Shown here in pieces: positions 50,931 to 64,000 of a stretch of 64,000 nucleotides of DNA. The position numbers were made by a program, and so were the translations under genes. Where the stretch lies: the NCBI RefSeq assembly GCF_001194135.2, contig NC_068983.1, positions 66,050,009-66,114,008 on the forward strand, in the 5' to 3' direction. The notes beneath the pieces are model-generated. The model was not told where the DNA came from and did no database searches. It worked only from the letters and a program-made list of their open reading frames with translations. This DNA comes from Octopus bimaculoides. Lineage: Eukaryota. Numbering within the stretch: the stretch's first letter is position 1; every line of letters starts with the position of its first letter.

Positions 50931-52737
50931 ATTAGAAACCATAACTTAAAGGGCTCCTGGCAGCAACTCGAGTTTCGTGTTTAGGCAAAATTATGTTTTA
51001 GATAAAGGGAAGCCTAGTTGACTTTTTTAGTCAGTGTCAAGAAATATTGCAGAATATGGCTGGCAGTAATTTATAAGACATAAATTTTAACCCAAACAAA
51101 ATATATAGATTTGCCTTTACATGCAAGTGAAGATACAGAATATAAACACATACACATGCAAGTATACACACTCACACATACACACAAACATTTGTATATC
51201 TTTATCGTGATTTAATGTCCATTTTTGCATGTTTACATGGGTCAGACAAAATTTGTTAAGGAAGATTTTCTGTGACCAGAAGCCCTTCTTGTCACCATTA
51301 TCTGTTTCCAAGCAAGGAAATATTTCCCCGTGACCATTCATATTTTTCACAGAAGACTAGAAAGGAATAACATGGCTTGTACCACAGAGATGCTAGTTTA
51401 AAACTATGACATAATGTCAAGATAAGAACGCACACAAAGATACATACATATATGTATGTATCTTTGATACCCACATACATACATATATGTGTGTGTGAAA
51501 GTCTGTATGATGGGTTTCTTTCAATTTCTGTCCAGCAAATCCAGTCTTAAAGTTTTGCTCAGCCTCAGTCTATTGTATAAGACTCTTATCCAAAGAGACT
51601 GTGAGACCACATACTTGAGAAGTAAGCTTCTTACCCACACAGCCACGTCTCTGTCTCTTCATGATTTCATGTTTGGTCCCTAGCCACACCTGCATCTCTC
51701 TCTCTCTCTCTCTCATTATATGTGTGTATTTATATATATATATGTGGGTGTATATGTATGCATATGTGTGGGGGCTGTTATGTTTTGGGTAACAGTCTAG
51801 AGAAGCATGGAAGGCAATAGTTTATCATATAAGCAGTGGTCAGTCAAAGTGTTCAGCAATTGTCGACAGAAGCAGTTTTTTTTTTTTTCAGATGCTTGAA
51901 AGTTTCATGTTTACCAAGAGATATTTATATCCTCTTGATTTAACAAACATCACAGAGCAGTTATCCTTGTTGATAAAAGGCTTCTGTTATTTAGTCTCTT
52001 TTAACATCCTAATAGTCCAATCATCTTTGGCCTGCAACAAATTTCAGCATGTGTCACTCCCTGACAAATAAGAATTCATCTACCTACTGCACTGCAGATT
52101 TAACTTTAATCATCAAATATTGTCTGACAAATCATACACACACTTTTATGTGTGAATAATTTGGGAAAACAACATTGTGAATCATGTGTGTGTTTGTAAA
52201 TGTTTATTGGGAAACAAGTGAGATGAAGTTCACCCCATGGCCATGTGGTTTCAGGTTCTACTCCCACAGTGTAGAGCTTTGGTCAAGCATCTTCTACTTC
52301 CACTTTGGCCTTAGTCTAAGCCTATACTTTCAGAATGATATAGATAAATATAAACTGTACAAAAATCTAGTGTGCATATGTATGTGTGTATTTGTGAGTG
52401 AGAGTGTGTGTATGTGCAGAAAAATGTTTCTGAATGCCTTTGTATAGCACTACATAGATGATAGTGATGTGTTCACATCTGCTGTATAAACAGTATGCCC
52501 AGTAGTTCAGCAGTTTCAACTTGTGAAGAACATTAGAATAAAGAAAATTCTCCTTATTAGGCAGGAAAAGAATAGTAAGAGAAAGGCCATCCAGCTATAG
52601 AATACTACATTAATAAACGTTTTCACCATAGAAAACAAACATAATAATAATGATGGTGATAATGGGATATTGATTTATGTATACTTGCATACACACACAC
52701 ACATACACACATATGAAATTTGTACATATTAACTTAC

Positions 52738-52935
52738 TAGCTTGAAAGCCACCTTATCGGTGGCTTTTAAGTTAGCTCCTGTAGAGAGCTCTTCATTGGG
52801 CCTTGAGCCCAACAATGACACTTCATGCATTGAATACAAATTAAACTTTATTAAACTTGACCAATATTTTTCAAGCAATGAACAATTTTCATCAAAACAA
52901 TGATATAATTTGTCGACTTGGAACTTATTGCAAAG
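52738..52935 (-). CDS. Candidate symmetric exon (198 nt) LCNKFQVDKLYHCFDENCSLLEKYWSSLIKFNLYSMHEVSLLGSRPNEELSTGANLKATDKVAFKL
   Basis: Acceptor tgttgtccatgcag, donor CTA|gtaagt, phase 0-0, 66 open codons in unique AT-rich DNA. Confidence 0.4.
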
Positions 52936-54499
52936 CTGCATGGACAACATTTTTGTTTTCCCATTCATGGAGCAGTACGATTTTTCTTTCTGTCTAACTT
53001 CTTTCTTTTTCTCTCTTTCTCTCTCTCTCTTTCTGTTGATTGTTTTCAACCATCACCATCACCAGTACCTCTACCATCGCCACCACAACTGCTATACATA
53101 CACCGTTCAAACTTCTGATGCCACTACCATCAATACCTTTGACTTTGCCACCTATCCCTCCACCATCATCACTACTGTCTTTCACATTGCTTACTGTCTC
53201 TATCGTCCCTGACTGTTTCAGCAACCACCACTACTACCACCACTGTCACCTCCGCCTCTATTACAACTACAGTTCATACTACTACTATCACCCCATTATC
53301 ATCACAACCGTCAATCTACTACCGTCTCTATGCCTACTATTACTCTCACTCCAGCATGAATGATAGTAGGAGTGTCAATGAATAGTGAGAGAGGGGGCCA
53401 CGCTGAAACACAGAAGTTAGTTTTCACATTTTTTATATTATATATTTGGATATTTGATCTATATTTGCATGTTTTTATTGTAATATCGTAGTTAAAGATG
53501 ATTGCTCTCAACTCTAAGTTTCATGCTGACAGAGGTAATTGCCAAAGGGATTGTCAGAGAATAATTTTAGACAAGTAATGGTTATTTAACAACAACGGGC
53601 AGCAATAGTTTCACATTGTATACGTCTCATTAGTGTAGTGCACAATTAAATGTCAGTAAAAGAAAATGTTGAATGCAAGGAGTATGTTCATATATCATAA
53701 AAAAACTTCATAAATACACACAAATGCATACATTAATATATACATATGGAAACATGTAATATATAGTGAATTATAATAACACAAAACAGGAAAAAAATAG
53801 GATCAGTTTTATAAATATGGTATTGTAAAACAAAAGGCTGAATACTGCAAGCACAGAAGAGCATTTTATAAACATCCTACATGCTATAATTCCTCCAACA
53901 AAATCTGCAGTATCACTCTTATCAGGAATTATCATCTAATTCTAATTTATAAAAAGAAATTTTATAAATAGTGAAAATTAGTGAACATTTCAAATCATTC
54001 GTTCTGATGGTTGTTTGAGTTCATGAGATTATTTAAGATGAGATATTTCTATGTATTGCACCGGTTATAATATCTTTATCCATTAGTGTATGGTATACCT
54101 CAGTTCATGATTTCCTAATTGATTTTCAGCCTGTCAATATCACTGTCCCTCAACTTTCATATATAACTGGAAAGAGCTATGACATTTCCATTCTCTTCAT
54201 TTTGAATGTGGCGATGCTTAAGACAGTGTTTCTTAAATTTGCTCTCTATCATAATAATGTAATGCTCTTGTTATAAATTCATAGTTTAAATTTGAACTAA
54301 TGCTTGCTTTGTAAATCAGTTTGATATTTTCTTTTGAAAGAATATTTTATATTTCTGTTTATATTAGTGGCATTATTTGATAAAATATCCTTCATGTTAG
54401 TTATTCAGCTATAATACTATTTCTCTTAAATAATTTATCATATATGCAGTCAATGAGGCAATATTTTTCTACAAGGGCTAAAAGAATGTCACAATATTT

Positions 54500-55700
54500 G
54501 ATTTAATGTCTCTCCCCAGAGATACATAAACCAACAGGTGTTGACAGTATCTTTTCTACTATTCTCAAGCATTGTGTTTCCTAACCTTGCAAATAGCTTT
54601 CAATTTCTCATTCTCTTCAGGTAGCAATCCCAGCTTTTGGAAATTGTTAGTGTGACCCAATCCCAAAAAGGCTCAGTTAAAACTCTATCTATCACTCACA
54701 CTTCCAACACCTAAAGGTGATAGAGAATGTGATTAACAAACATCTTTCTCAAAACCTTTAATTGTTCTCCCTCCTCAGTGACAAACAGTACAGCTTCTGT
54801 AAAACTAAATCTATCAGAATCTTCAGAATCTCTTGAATTTCAGAATCTATCAGAATCTCTTGTGTCAATCAGCAGCTGCATTTCTATCAGCAAAGTATTT
54901 TGCTATATCTAGTAGGTAAATCTAATAAAGCTGTCAGCTTGTGAGTTCCAGCTATCTTTCATCTCTAAGATGGGAAACTTCCTGATCAGATCACATCATT
55001 ACAATATGAGCTGAAGGAAGTACAACTGAGCTACACTCTATCAAGTTTGATGTTTCCCAAATTTTAGTTCTGCTCTCACACTTTTTCCCAGTACATCAAA
55101 AATATATACCTTGCACTCAACAACACACACTCCTATGCAGATGAAACTTTTGCTCCACTCGAACCTTGTAAATACAAGCATCATCTGCATCCAATTTATA
55201 TACTCATGAACTGGGATCTCAAAAACATTTTCAACTGGATGCGTGACAATCTTGTCTTTTTCAACAACACAGTGGCACAATTATAACACATCAAGAAAAC
55301 GGACACATATGTCCCCACTAGTTTGAAATAGATGCAACAACCTTTTTAAAGATTGTTTTATATGATGATCTAACATTAACAACTTAGCAAAAACTGCATC
55401 ACAATTATTCTCTTTCCTCTTCATGACAAGAAAATACCTCAGTTTCAAACTGTTGCTAACTCTCTACAAAGTTCAAGTGAAACTTTCAATCAGTTCTCAT
55501 ATTTGCTGCAGCATATATAAACACCTTAAAACACCCCAAAAAGGGCCTCCTGCTGATTGGTATGGTGTCATTCACCAACAACTGGCCCATAGACATGTTG
55601 TCTCCTTACTCTATCCTTTGTACTGTTATTTCAATGGCCTCTGTTCCTGGATCTAGCTTGATACCTCTTTGACTCACTCATCACTTTCCTTTCAAATGCC
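54500..55700 (+). mobile_element. Old CR1/L2/Jockey-group LINE RT remnant
   Basis: WK..PIPKK...KVIENVINKHL, HSYADETF, DLKNIFNWMRDNLVFFN. Confidence 0.7.
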
Positions 55701-56122
55701 AATTTATTTTAATATCTAAGTCCCACCACTAACTATCGTGCCAAATTCTACCTCTCTAGATAGTAAGTCCTTTGGAATCTCCTCAATGTCCAAGTTTTTT
55801 TCCTGTAGTTGTTCAAGAACAAAATCAGTTACAGTGATGAACCTGTGAATGCTATGGGAACAGCTCCATCTTTCAGACCATAACATTAAAAAGAAACGAA
55901 ATGAAAACTTACTGCAGGTTGAAATAGTTAAAAATGGTTAATAATTAGTTTAAAATCGATTCACAACTTGAGTTTAGTTCAGTGTGAGGAAATTATCACT
56001 TCATTCTAGTATTTGCATCAGTGAAAACAATTCTATATATACGTCTGAAATAGTTCTAAAATAGTTCTAAAATAGCATGTAGAATTGCTGTCCATATACA
56101 TGCATCATACAATCATACAATC

Positions 56123-56275
56123 ATCCTTTCACTCGGCGAGAGAAGCCTTTTGTTCTCAACGGAGGCAACAGCTCTATGAATTTCCTCCATTTTATTTTTA
56201 CTCTAGCTATCACACTGTCTATGCATCCTCCTCCACTACTGAATCGGTCCCCTGAGTAGCAGAAATTATCTACTA
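56123..56275 (-). mobile_element. Small RTE fragment (20745 family)
   Basis: VDNFCYSGDRFSSGGGCIDSVIARVKIKWRKFIELLP..KG. Confidence 0.75.
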
Positions 56276-56362
56276 TACACATACACACATACATATATAC
56301 CATACATACATATATATATAGATATATGTATATATATATATGTATGTCTATCTATCTATCTA

Positions 56363-56403
<41 letters not shown>

Positions 56404-56417
56404 GCATGTGCATATAT

Positions 56418-56448
<31 letters not shown>

Positions 56449-56592
56449 TTGTTTGATTGGTTCCATTCATAGGATTGCAGCCTCACTGGGGTAGTGTGCT
56501 TGTGTATGCAAGTACATACATATATTTGTGTCTGTGTGTGTGTATGTGTATGTATGTATGTATGTATGTACATATGCATGTATGCATGTATG

Positions 56593-57310
56593 CGTGTCTG
56601 GTCCCAGCATGGCATAGCAAGGCAAACAAAAATTGCTGTGTACCGTGCTTGTGTACTAACATCGCTCCTCTACTTGTGTGAGACATGGACTCTGTACAAA
56701 TGTCAGGTAAGGGTCCGTGAACGCTTTCATCAGAGATGTCTCAGGCACATTCTCAATGTTGGCTGGACCTCAAGGATTCCAGACACACAGATCCTGAGGA
56801 CAGCTGATATCTTGAGTATTGAGGCGATGGTGCACAAGCACCGGTTACGTTGGACTGGACACGTTATTAGAATGAAGGATAGCAGGATTCCTAAGCAGAT
56901 GCTCTATGGAGAACTTGTGAATGGAAGGAGACTCCGACAGAAACCAAGGCTGTGCTTTAAGGACTGTGTCAAGTCCTCATTAAAGGCCTGTGATATGCAG
57001 GACACTGACTGGGAGAATAATGCCTGTCATCGCCACAGATGGAGGAAGCAGGTTAAGGAGGGGATCAACACTTTTGAGAGAGCACATATCCAGCATGAAG
57101 AATTTAAGCGAGCTGCGCGAAAGTGTACGGCTCGAATAGTGAATGGGGAAAGCTTAATCTGCAATGTTTGCAGTCGTATATGCTTATCAAGAGCAGGGCT
57201 CATTAGCCACCAATGGAGCCGTAAATGCAAAATGTAAGTTAGTACTAGAGCGCAGAATGTTCCTGAAGGTCGGCAATGGTCTTCCTCGGTCACGAGTGGA
57301 CGGCCATCAT
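56593..57310 (+). mobile_element. RTE-clade LINE 3' end (third family), about 215 open codons, single C-terminal zinc finger
   Basis: RVWSQHGI..TKIAVYRACVLTSLLYLCETWT..FHQRCLRHIL..RLRWTGHVIRM..PKQMLYGEL..CNVCSRICLSRAGLISH; short 3' UTR ending cacgagtggacggccatca. Confidence 0.92.
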
Positions 57311-57339
57311 GTATGTACATATGTATGTTTGTAGGTATG

Positions 57340-57535
57340 TATGTACATATGTAGGTAAGTAGATAGGTAGGTAGGTAGGTAGGTAGGTAGGTAAGTAGGT
57401 GGGTGGACGGGTGGGTAGGTAGGCAGGTCAGTAGGTAGGTAGGTAGATGGGTAGGTAGGTAGGTAAGTATGTAGGTAGGTAGGTAGGTAAAGTAGGTTGG
57501 TAGGTAGGTAGGTGGGTAGGTAGGTAGGTAGGTAT
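57340..57535. repeat. (AGGT)n tetranucleotide microsatellite
   Basis: Directly visible. Confidence 0.95.
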
Positions 57536-57861
57536 CTGTGTATGTATGTATGTCCATATATATATACATATGTATGCATCTGTGTATAAATGTGTGAGGA
57601 TGTATAGACAGACTATCAAATAGACTGTGTAATGAGAGCTCAAATCTGAAATGATTATACAATACTATACACATAAAACAACAATGAAAGAGAAGAAAAC
57701 AAGAAATATAAGCTTTAAGATTAACAACATTTGTATCAACAATAATGAATAACCATAACTTATAAAGGTGTAGAATTATGAACTGCAACAAAATAAAACT
57801 TCATATTATCATTATCATTTAAAAATAGAAAAAATTCTTCTTCTTCTTCTTCTTCTTCTTC

Positions 57862-57917
<56 letters not shown>

Positions 57918-58069
57918 TTGATGAAGATTATTATTGTTATTATTTTTATTGTGTAAACATTATTTTTTAATATTACGCTTCCGTTTTAAGCATAACATTT
58001 TTATTCATTTTTATTAAGCAAAAATTATTCTATTTTGTTTGCATAATACCTATTTGAAGGGCGTGACAG

Positions 58070-58124
<55 letters not shown>

Positions 58125-58839
58125 TGCGTGTGTGCATGCGTGTGTGCATGTATGTGTGTGTATGTGCGTGTGCAGTATGCATGTGTGCATATGTGCATGT
58201 GTGTAGACACTAGCACATGCAGATACACGAATATCCTTTTTTTTTTTTAAAGAATTACCAGAAAACACTGAATACCATAATTTAATCTAAAAATAATGTC
58301 TAAAACTATGAAATTCCATTGTAAAGCATCTAAGTAGAGGAATTAACAAACAGTTTGTAGTCTGCCTAATGCCACTTGGGTATTTCACAGTTTTGAAGAT
58401 AATTCACTACTTCATTCTTCTAGACACTGTGTCGACAACAACCAAAAAATTGGTCAGCAATTTAAAGCATTTTATTCAGTTTTAGTCTTTGTAATTTTGC
58501 TTCTGTTCATTCTAGCTATGTTGCTTTACTTGATTTTTATATATATATTTATGATATATTATATACATATACATACACACATACACACACATACACACAC
58601 ACACACACATATATACATATGAACACACACATACATATGTATATATATATATATATTTATAAATACATGTGTATTTATACATGTACATCTCCCTCTCTCC
58701 CACATCCCCCACTCATCTTTTCCAACCTGCCTTCACCCTTTCTGCTTCTCGTCCACCATCCTGTCTCTCCAATCCCCCTTAGTCCACACAAATCCACTTA
58801 CTGGCCAACCTCACTTCTCCCAACCCATCCACGTGCCCC

Positions 58840-60900
58840 TGTATTGTCACACACCTTCCTGACTTACCTCTTTCCAAAGCTGAGATTTCCCTTCTTAGTC
58901 ATGGCCTATGTTTCATACCTCTAATACCCACCGTTATTGAGTTCCAGATCTGTGCCCGGATCAAATGGTTTGTGTGCAACACCAAACCAAGTGTTGTCTT
59001 TTTAGTGTCACACCTTCCATACATAATGCAATCGACTGCATCCTTGATCTGGGTCACTGACCATCACAGCGTATGCTAAGCCCTGGCCAGTTCAGCACCC
59101 TGGATCTATTTATCTATACTTATCACCATGCAGCAGAACACTTCTACTGTGAAAACACTTATAATGCACTAACCCCTCTTAGGCTAAACACAATGCTTTC
59201 TATTCCCTTCATTGCCATGATGATATTGCCAGCAAACAAGAATGGTACCATGGTGGTGAGGCAGGCCAACCTCACCAGAAACAAAGCTATGTGACAGCAC
59301 TGGAACTCCGTCTTCTATTGTTCTTTGTCTTCTGACCTCGACTTCACCCCACTGCTACCATCCACTAACTTATCTCCTCCTACCTCCTACTCTCCACTGC
59401 TTCCAACCACATTGTCTGTACTCCCCATACCCCAACTATATACTTTCTCCCCAAGATCCATAAACCCAGAATTACAGCTGCCCTATTATCTCTACCTGTA
59501 ACTTCCCCATTGAACTCCTCTATGCTCTCCTTGTTACTCCCACTTTCCTGGCATCTGTCATGCTCTCCACTTTGTCCACTCTTTCTTTTTCTCTGGACTT
59601 TCTCCTTTAATTTTCAATTTGAACATCAACTACTTATACATTGTCATCTCATGATGACCTCCAGCCTCTCAAACACTTCCTCAACCTCTTCACCACTTCT
59701 CACTCCTTGAATCTCTACTTTCCTTCATTTAACCAAGCTCGTGCTACCCTTAACTGCTTCACCTTCATGAGTGAAATGCAAGAACAGATCACTGGAATGG
59801 CCATGGGAATGAGAATGGAATACAACTACACCAGCTTATTTGTCAGCTATATTAAATCCCAAATCGTCTCCCAGTCCCTCTACAGAGCTATACAATCACT
59901 ATATTAATAACTGTTTCAGTACTATCTCTCTTTCTCATGAAGATCTAAACACTTTCATTTCCTTCATTAGCACTTTCACTCCTCTTTTCAATTTATGTCC
60001 TTTGTCTCCAATAACTTCCCTCATTTCCTCAGCATCACCTTTTCCATTGACCACCTACACTCAGCCACCCCTCATCATCTTCTACAAACTCTTTCTCCTA
60101 TTTAGACTTCTCCTCATCACATCTCACTCACACCAAGCATTCCATCTCTTATTTCCAGTTCTTCTGTCTCCAGTGCCTCTGAATTGTAACCATGATCATG
60201 TGATGCAAGCTCAATGTGTGACCTATCTCTTCATTCACTGTGGTTACCCTCTTACCCCTCTCCAATCTATCATTGTCCAGTATCCCACTCATCACATCCT
60301 CTTTTCCTTTATCTACCTCTCTACTATCCACATCATCTCTACTACAACATATCATCTATGCTTCTATCATTGCCTATAAATATAACCCTGCCACCACCCA
60401 TTTCTTTTCTCTTCTAGCCATTCATTCCTTTAAGTGTACTTGCTACCTTCATAGTCACTTAATCCATAGCTCCCTTTCCACATATCCTCTTGAATCACTA
60501 ACTGATCCCCTCCACCATCCACACTGTCACATCTACCCTTTACTTTCTATCAACACCACCCTTACTAGGCCCAGCCACCACACCTTCCAGACTAGGGTCT
60601 CTTTTTTACTGCTTCATTAATAACTTGACATATGTGCACCAATGTTTCCTCTGTAATTTTATCTGTATTGAACACACACATTGCCATCTGCCTACCAGTT
60701 ACCTACACACATACTCACACTCACACACACATTTCCTCACTCATTCACACACTTTCTCCTTCCCCACTGCCATTTTCACATTGCTTAACTGCAGTCTTAC
60801 ACCTTCCTTGCTACCACTTCTTCAGCTCACTAACACACACATTATACACATAGATTCACACAGACATACACACACATTCATGCTCACACTTTTCTGTCTG
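58840..60900 (+). mobile_element. Penelope-like retroelement, old and heavily decayed (RT + GIY-YIG)
   Basis: DLPLSKAEISLLSHGLCFIP; ILPANKNGTMVV (PADKG motif); EQITGMAMGMRM..YTSLFV; YINNCF (YIDD); FYCFINNLTYVHQCFLCNFICIE (GIY-YIG N-terminus). Confidence 0.8.
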
Positions 60901-62186
60901 ATTTCTCTCATCCTCTTTTCTCCTTCCTTTCTCTTTACACTTGTCTCCAAAATATTCCTTTCCTTCCGTTATTTTTCCCTCACCATGTGACTGTACAAAC
61001 TCTTCTATGCACTTATTCAGACTAAACTCTCTTTGATTGATTTTCCCCAATTTTTCTCATCTTGCAGACTTTACCACTTTCACCATCTTTGAACTCTTAG
61101 CATGTTTGGATTTTCATAACTTTCTCTTTTCTTTCTCTATTCTTATATGCCTTAAACTCATTTTGGTGCTTACACATCTATATGGTACGTTAGTGCATCA
61201 CCTTACTAATTTTTATTTATCAGCTCCTCACCATACTAACAGCATTTCTATCTCCCTGGACTTTTCAGTGGAAATTAATTTTGTATTTATTTTTAAAATC
61301 AGTGTTTTATTGCAGTTATGTTCCTTTAAATTTTTCCTGATTTTTCTCTTAATTTTCTTTTTTCCCCTTGTTTGCTTTTCTGACTTTTGTATATTTTCCG
61401 TTTTATCCTTCTATTTTCTCCCTTCCATTTGTATATCTCATGTTCACCTCTTTCACATTTCTCTTGCCCCTCCATGTACCTTGCCAATTTTCTTCCCTCA
61501 CAATAGTAATTTTTTTTTACTACACCACTATTGTATTGTAACCTCTTTCTTTTCACTTGTTCATAACTTCCTTACACATTACATTATCTCACAATCAGAC
61601 ACTTACAAATACTTCTATCACTCAACCATATTCCTCTCACCTTTCCTTTTATCTCACACTTACCTCCACTCCTACTTCCTTACTTTTACACTTTCCTTTC
61701 ATACACCCAATGATGAAGCACGCGCACACACACACACACATACACACACATTTTTGCCCATCTTAAAACATGAATACACTTCTATACTCTTCCACACACA
61801 CCTGCCCATTCTTCCCTCCTTAGCCTAACCCACCACAGAAACACATTCTCACCTGATCATAACCCCTTGCCCAGATTTTTTCTCTTTTTTCTCTCTTCTT
61901 TTTACACAACCCTTCTTTACTTTTCTTCTGTACCTTTCTTCTGACAGAAAACTTGAGTCCAAACACTATGACTGTTCCCCTTCCTTCTAACAAGTTTAGG
62001 TAATACAATATTTGTTAAAACTTGTCCCTTCTGTGTTCTTTTCTTTTTGCTGTGGATCATTACCTTCACAATATGTTTGTGTGAGTGTATGTGGGATGGT
62101 GTTTGTGTGTGTGTTGGGGTACATGTGCATGTGTACGTGTGTGTGCACATGTGTGTGTTTGTATGTGAGAGCATATGTATGCATGG

Positions 62187-62220
<34 letters not shown>

Positions 62221-62282
62221 ATAAATTTTCACTTAAATGAAAACAGTTATACTCATTCACACTTAACATAGATATTTTTTTC

Positions 62283-62465
62283 TTTTAACGTCCGCTTTCC
62301 ATGCTAGCATGGGTTGGACGATTTGACTGAGGACTAGTGAACTAGATGGCTACACCAGGTTCCAATCNNNNNNNNNNAACTAGATGGCTACACCAGGTTC
62401 CAATCTGATTTGGCAGAGTTTCTACAGCTGGATGTCCTTCCTAACGCCAACCACTCCGAGAGTAT
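62283..62465 (-). mobile_element. Element C copy (spans a 10-N gap with duplicated overlap)
   Basis: tttaacgtccgctttccatgctagcatggg...ccaaccactccgagagt. Confidence 0.85.
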
Positions 62466-62746
62466 AAAACACAATAAGAATATATGCACTTGTGAGGCAT
62501 ACATCTGCTAGCTGCACACATGTGCAAACACACCTACAATAGAAACATAAACATTTGTATGCATAGTCACATGTAGAGGTTACAGCTACACACAAAACAC
62601 ACAAGTATATAGAGCATTCATTCACAAACACTAATGCAGTATACAGTTATTCATGATCACAAACAGGCATGTTCAACACAACTGTTCACACTTAAGGCCT
62701 CTATCAATCAAAGTTAACCCATGCATTATGGACAATTCTTCTAAAG

Positions 62747-63407
62747 CAGGGGTCGGGGAACTTTTTTAACCAGTTACCTCAAAATATATTTATATACACC
62801 AACGTTATCCCTTGCTTCAAAAGGAAGAAAATAACAGATCCTTTGAATTCAAAAGGTTTATTGAATCTATTTACAATTATAAATATAAAAAGTATAAAAC
62901 AAACGCGATGAAATGAATTAATATCTTCATTATGAAACAAAAACAATTTTCTAGAAACTTTTTCACTTCAGGTTTCGCAGAAATGATGATGTTTTATTTT
63001 TGTTAGAATTACATCAAAATTGGGAAATTTTGATGCCAAAACAATTTGGATACAGTCTTCGGGGTCTAATTAGTTTTGCTAAAGGATTGAATTGAATAAC
63101 TACTTCAATCTACTCAAACAAAACAAAAAATAAGGCTGAGGCAGGTAATAGACAACTGACAAATAATATCAGTTTAGTCACAAGACAATGCCTAAGCAAC
63201 CAAATTGTTTATAGTTCAAAATGGCGTGATGTTTCCTAAACATGCCCATTACATTGGACAGATGCAGTGTTGCCAGAAGAAAAATTTGTGTCATAACAAA
63301 GAACACATTTTGATATAATTTTACTTATGTCTAATGAGTCCTCATTACCCTCAAGAATTTCGTTTTTACCCCACTTGGGTTAATTTATCCTGGTTCACCA
63401 AGCCTTG
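62747..63407 (-). mobile_element. Non-autonomous hAT (Charlie/Buster) element with 8-bp TSD
   Basis: TIRs caggggtcggggaac / (rc) caaggcttggtgaac; TSD ttctaaag/ttttaaag; reverse strand LDPEDCIQIVLASKFPNFDVI (Buster-like C-terminus). Confidence 0.75.
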
Positions 63408-63594
63408 TTTTAAAGGGCACAAACCTGGGTAAGCTTTATTTTTTACAGAAGATCATGCAGTATGTTTCCACTTTCTACACCCCAGATGTTTTCTAAAGAA
63501 AGGCATGTGCTAGCGTAGCTTATTGATCACATGAGCCAATGAGAGGGCTTGAATGTGGTCTCCCAACTGGCCAGAATTAATGACCAAATTTCAC

Positions 63595-63706
63595 TCAAAA
63601 TGGTGGTGGAGGTAGTGGTTGTGATGGTGGCGGCAGTAGTGGTGGTGGCAGCATCAGAGACACAAGGCATAGTAATAGCAGCAGCAGCAGCAGCAGCAGC
63701 AGTAGC

Positions 63707-63759
<53 letters not shown>

Positions 63760-63760
63760 C
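63595..63760. repeat. Compound (GTG)/(GCA)n/(GTA)n trinucleotide tract
   Basis: Directly visible. Confidence 0.95.
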
Positions 63761-64000
63761 CAAATTCTGTGATGGCATCAGTATCTAACATGATTGCAAT
63801 GCTTGCACTGCATATCTTCTGTAAGAATGACAAGTCAATGCATCAATTCTGCTAGCTGCATTCCTTTGAATGATCTGCCTGGCTTACAGAGTGACAGGGT
63901 AGCTACTGTGATGGAATCTAAGAATGACAGAGATGATACATGTCTTCGTATACACTTCTTGGCAAAACAGTAAATTTCCTCATAAACTAGTAAAGGTGAA

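Noticed and set aside
61027-61828. 263-aa F/L/S-rich ORF
   Set aside because: By-product of a pyrimidine-rich low-complexity strand, in which stop codons are depleted.
1-64000. rRNA, intact tRNA, CRISPR or prokaryotic operons
   Set aside because: None seen; all tRNA-like motifs are SINE heads with broken cloverleaves.

Overview
Eukaryotic, AT-rich, microsatellite-dense and gappy (many N-runs) genomic DNA. It is very likely from an octopus, inferred from the tRNA-headed SINE families and LINE types; I could not run a search to confirm this. Most of the window is transposable-element debris: three tRNA-headed SINE families, RTE LINEs of several families, CR1/Jockey-type LINEs, two R4/Dong-type endonuclease retroelements sitting in a (TAA)n tract, a decayed Penelope-like element, mariner and DD37D/maT transposons, and hAT remnants. 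Almost all long ORFs in the supplied track are microsatellite or N-gap artefacts. A few unique-sequence, splice-bounded open exons on the minus strand (14012-14145 terminal, about 15111-15361, 50388-50475, 52738-52935) suggest the 3' part of an unidentified host gene. Its 3' end coincides with a visible drop in CpG at about 14 kb. The best second-look items are a Penelope-type hammerhead-like motif with a non-canonical core (28115-28151), a palindromic maT element with two left ends (44135-45681), two R4/Dong families stacked in one TAA tract, and an RTE with three C-terminal C2H2 fingers. I see no convincing wholly new system, and all calls were made by eye without tools.
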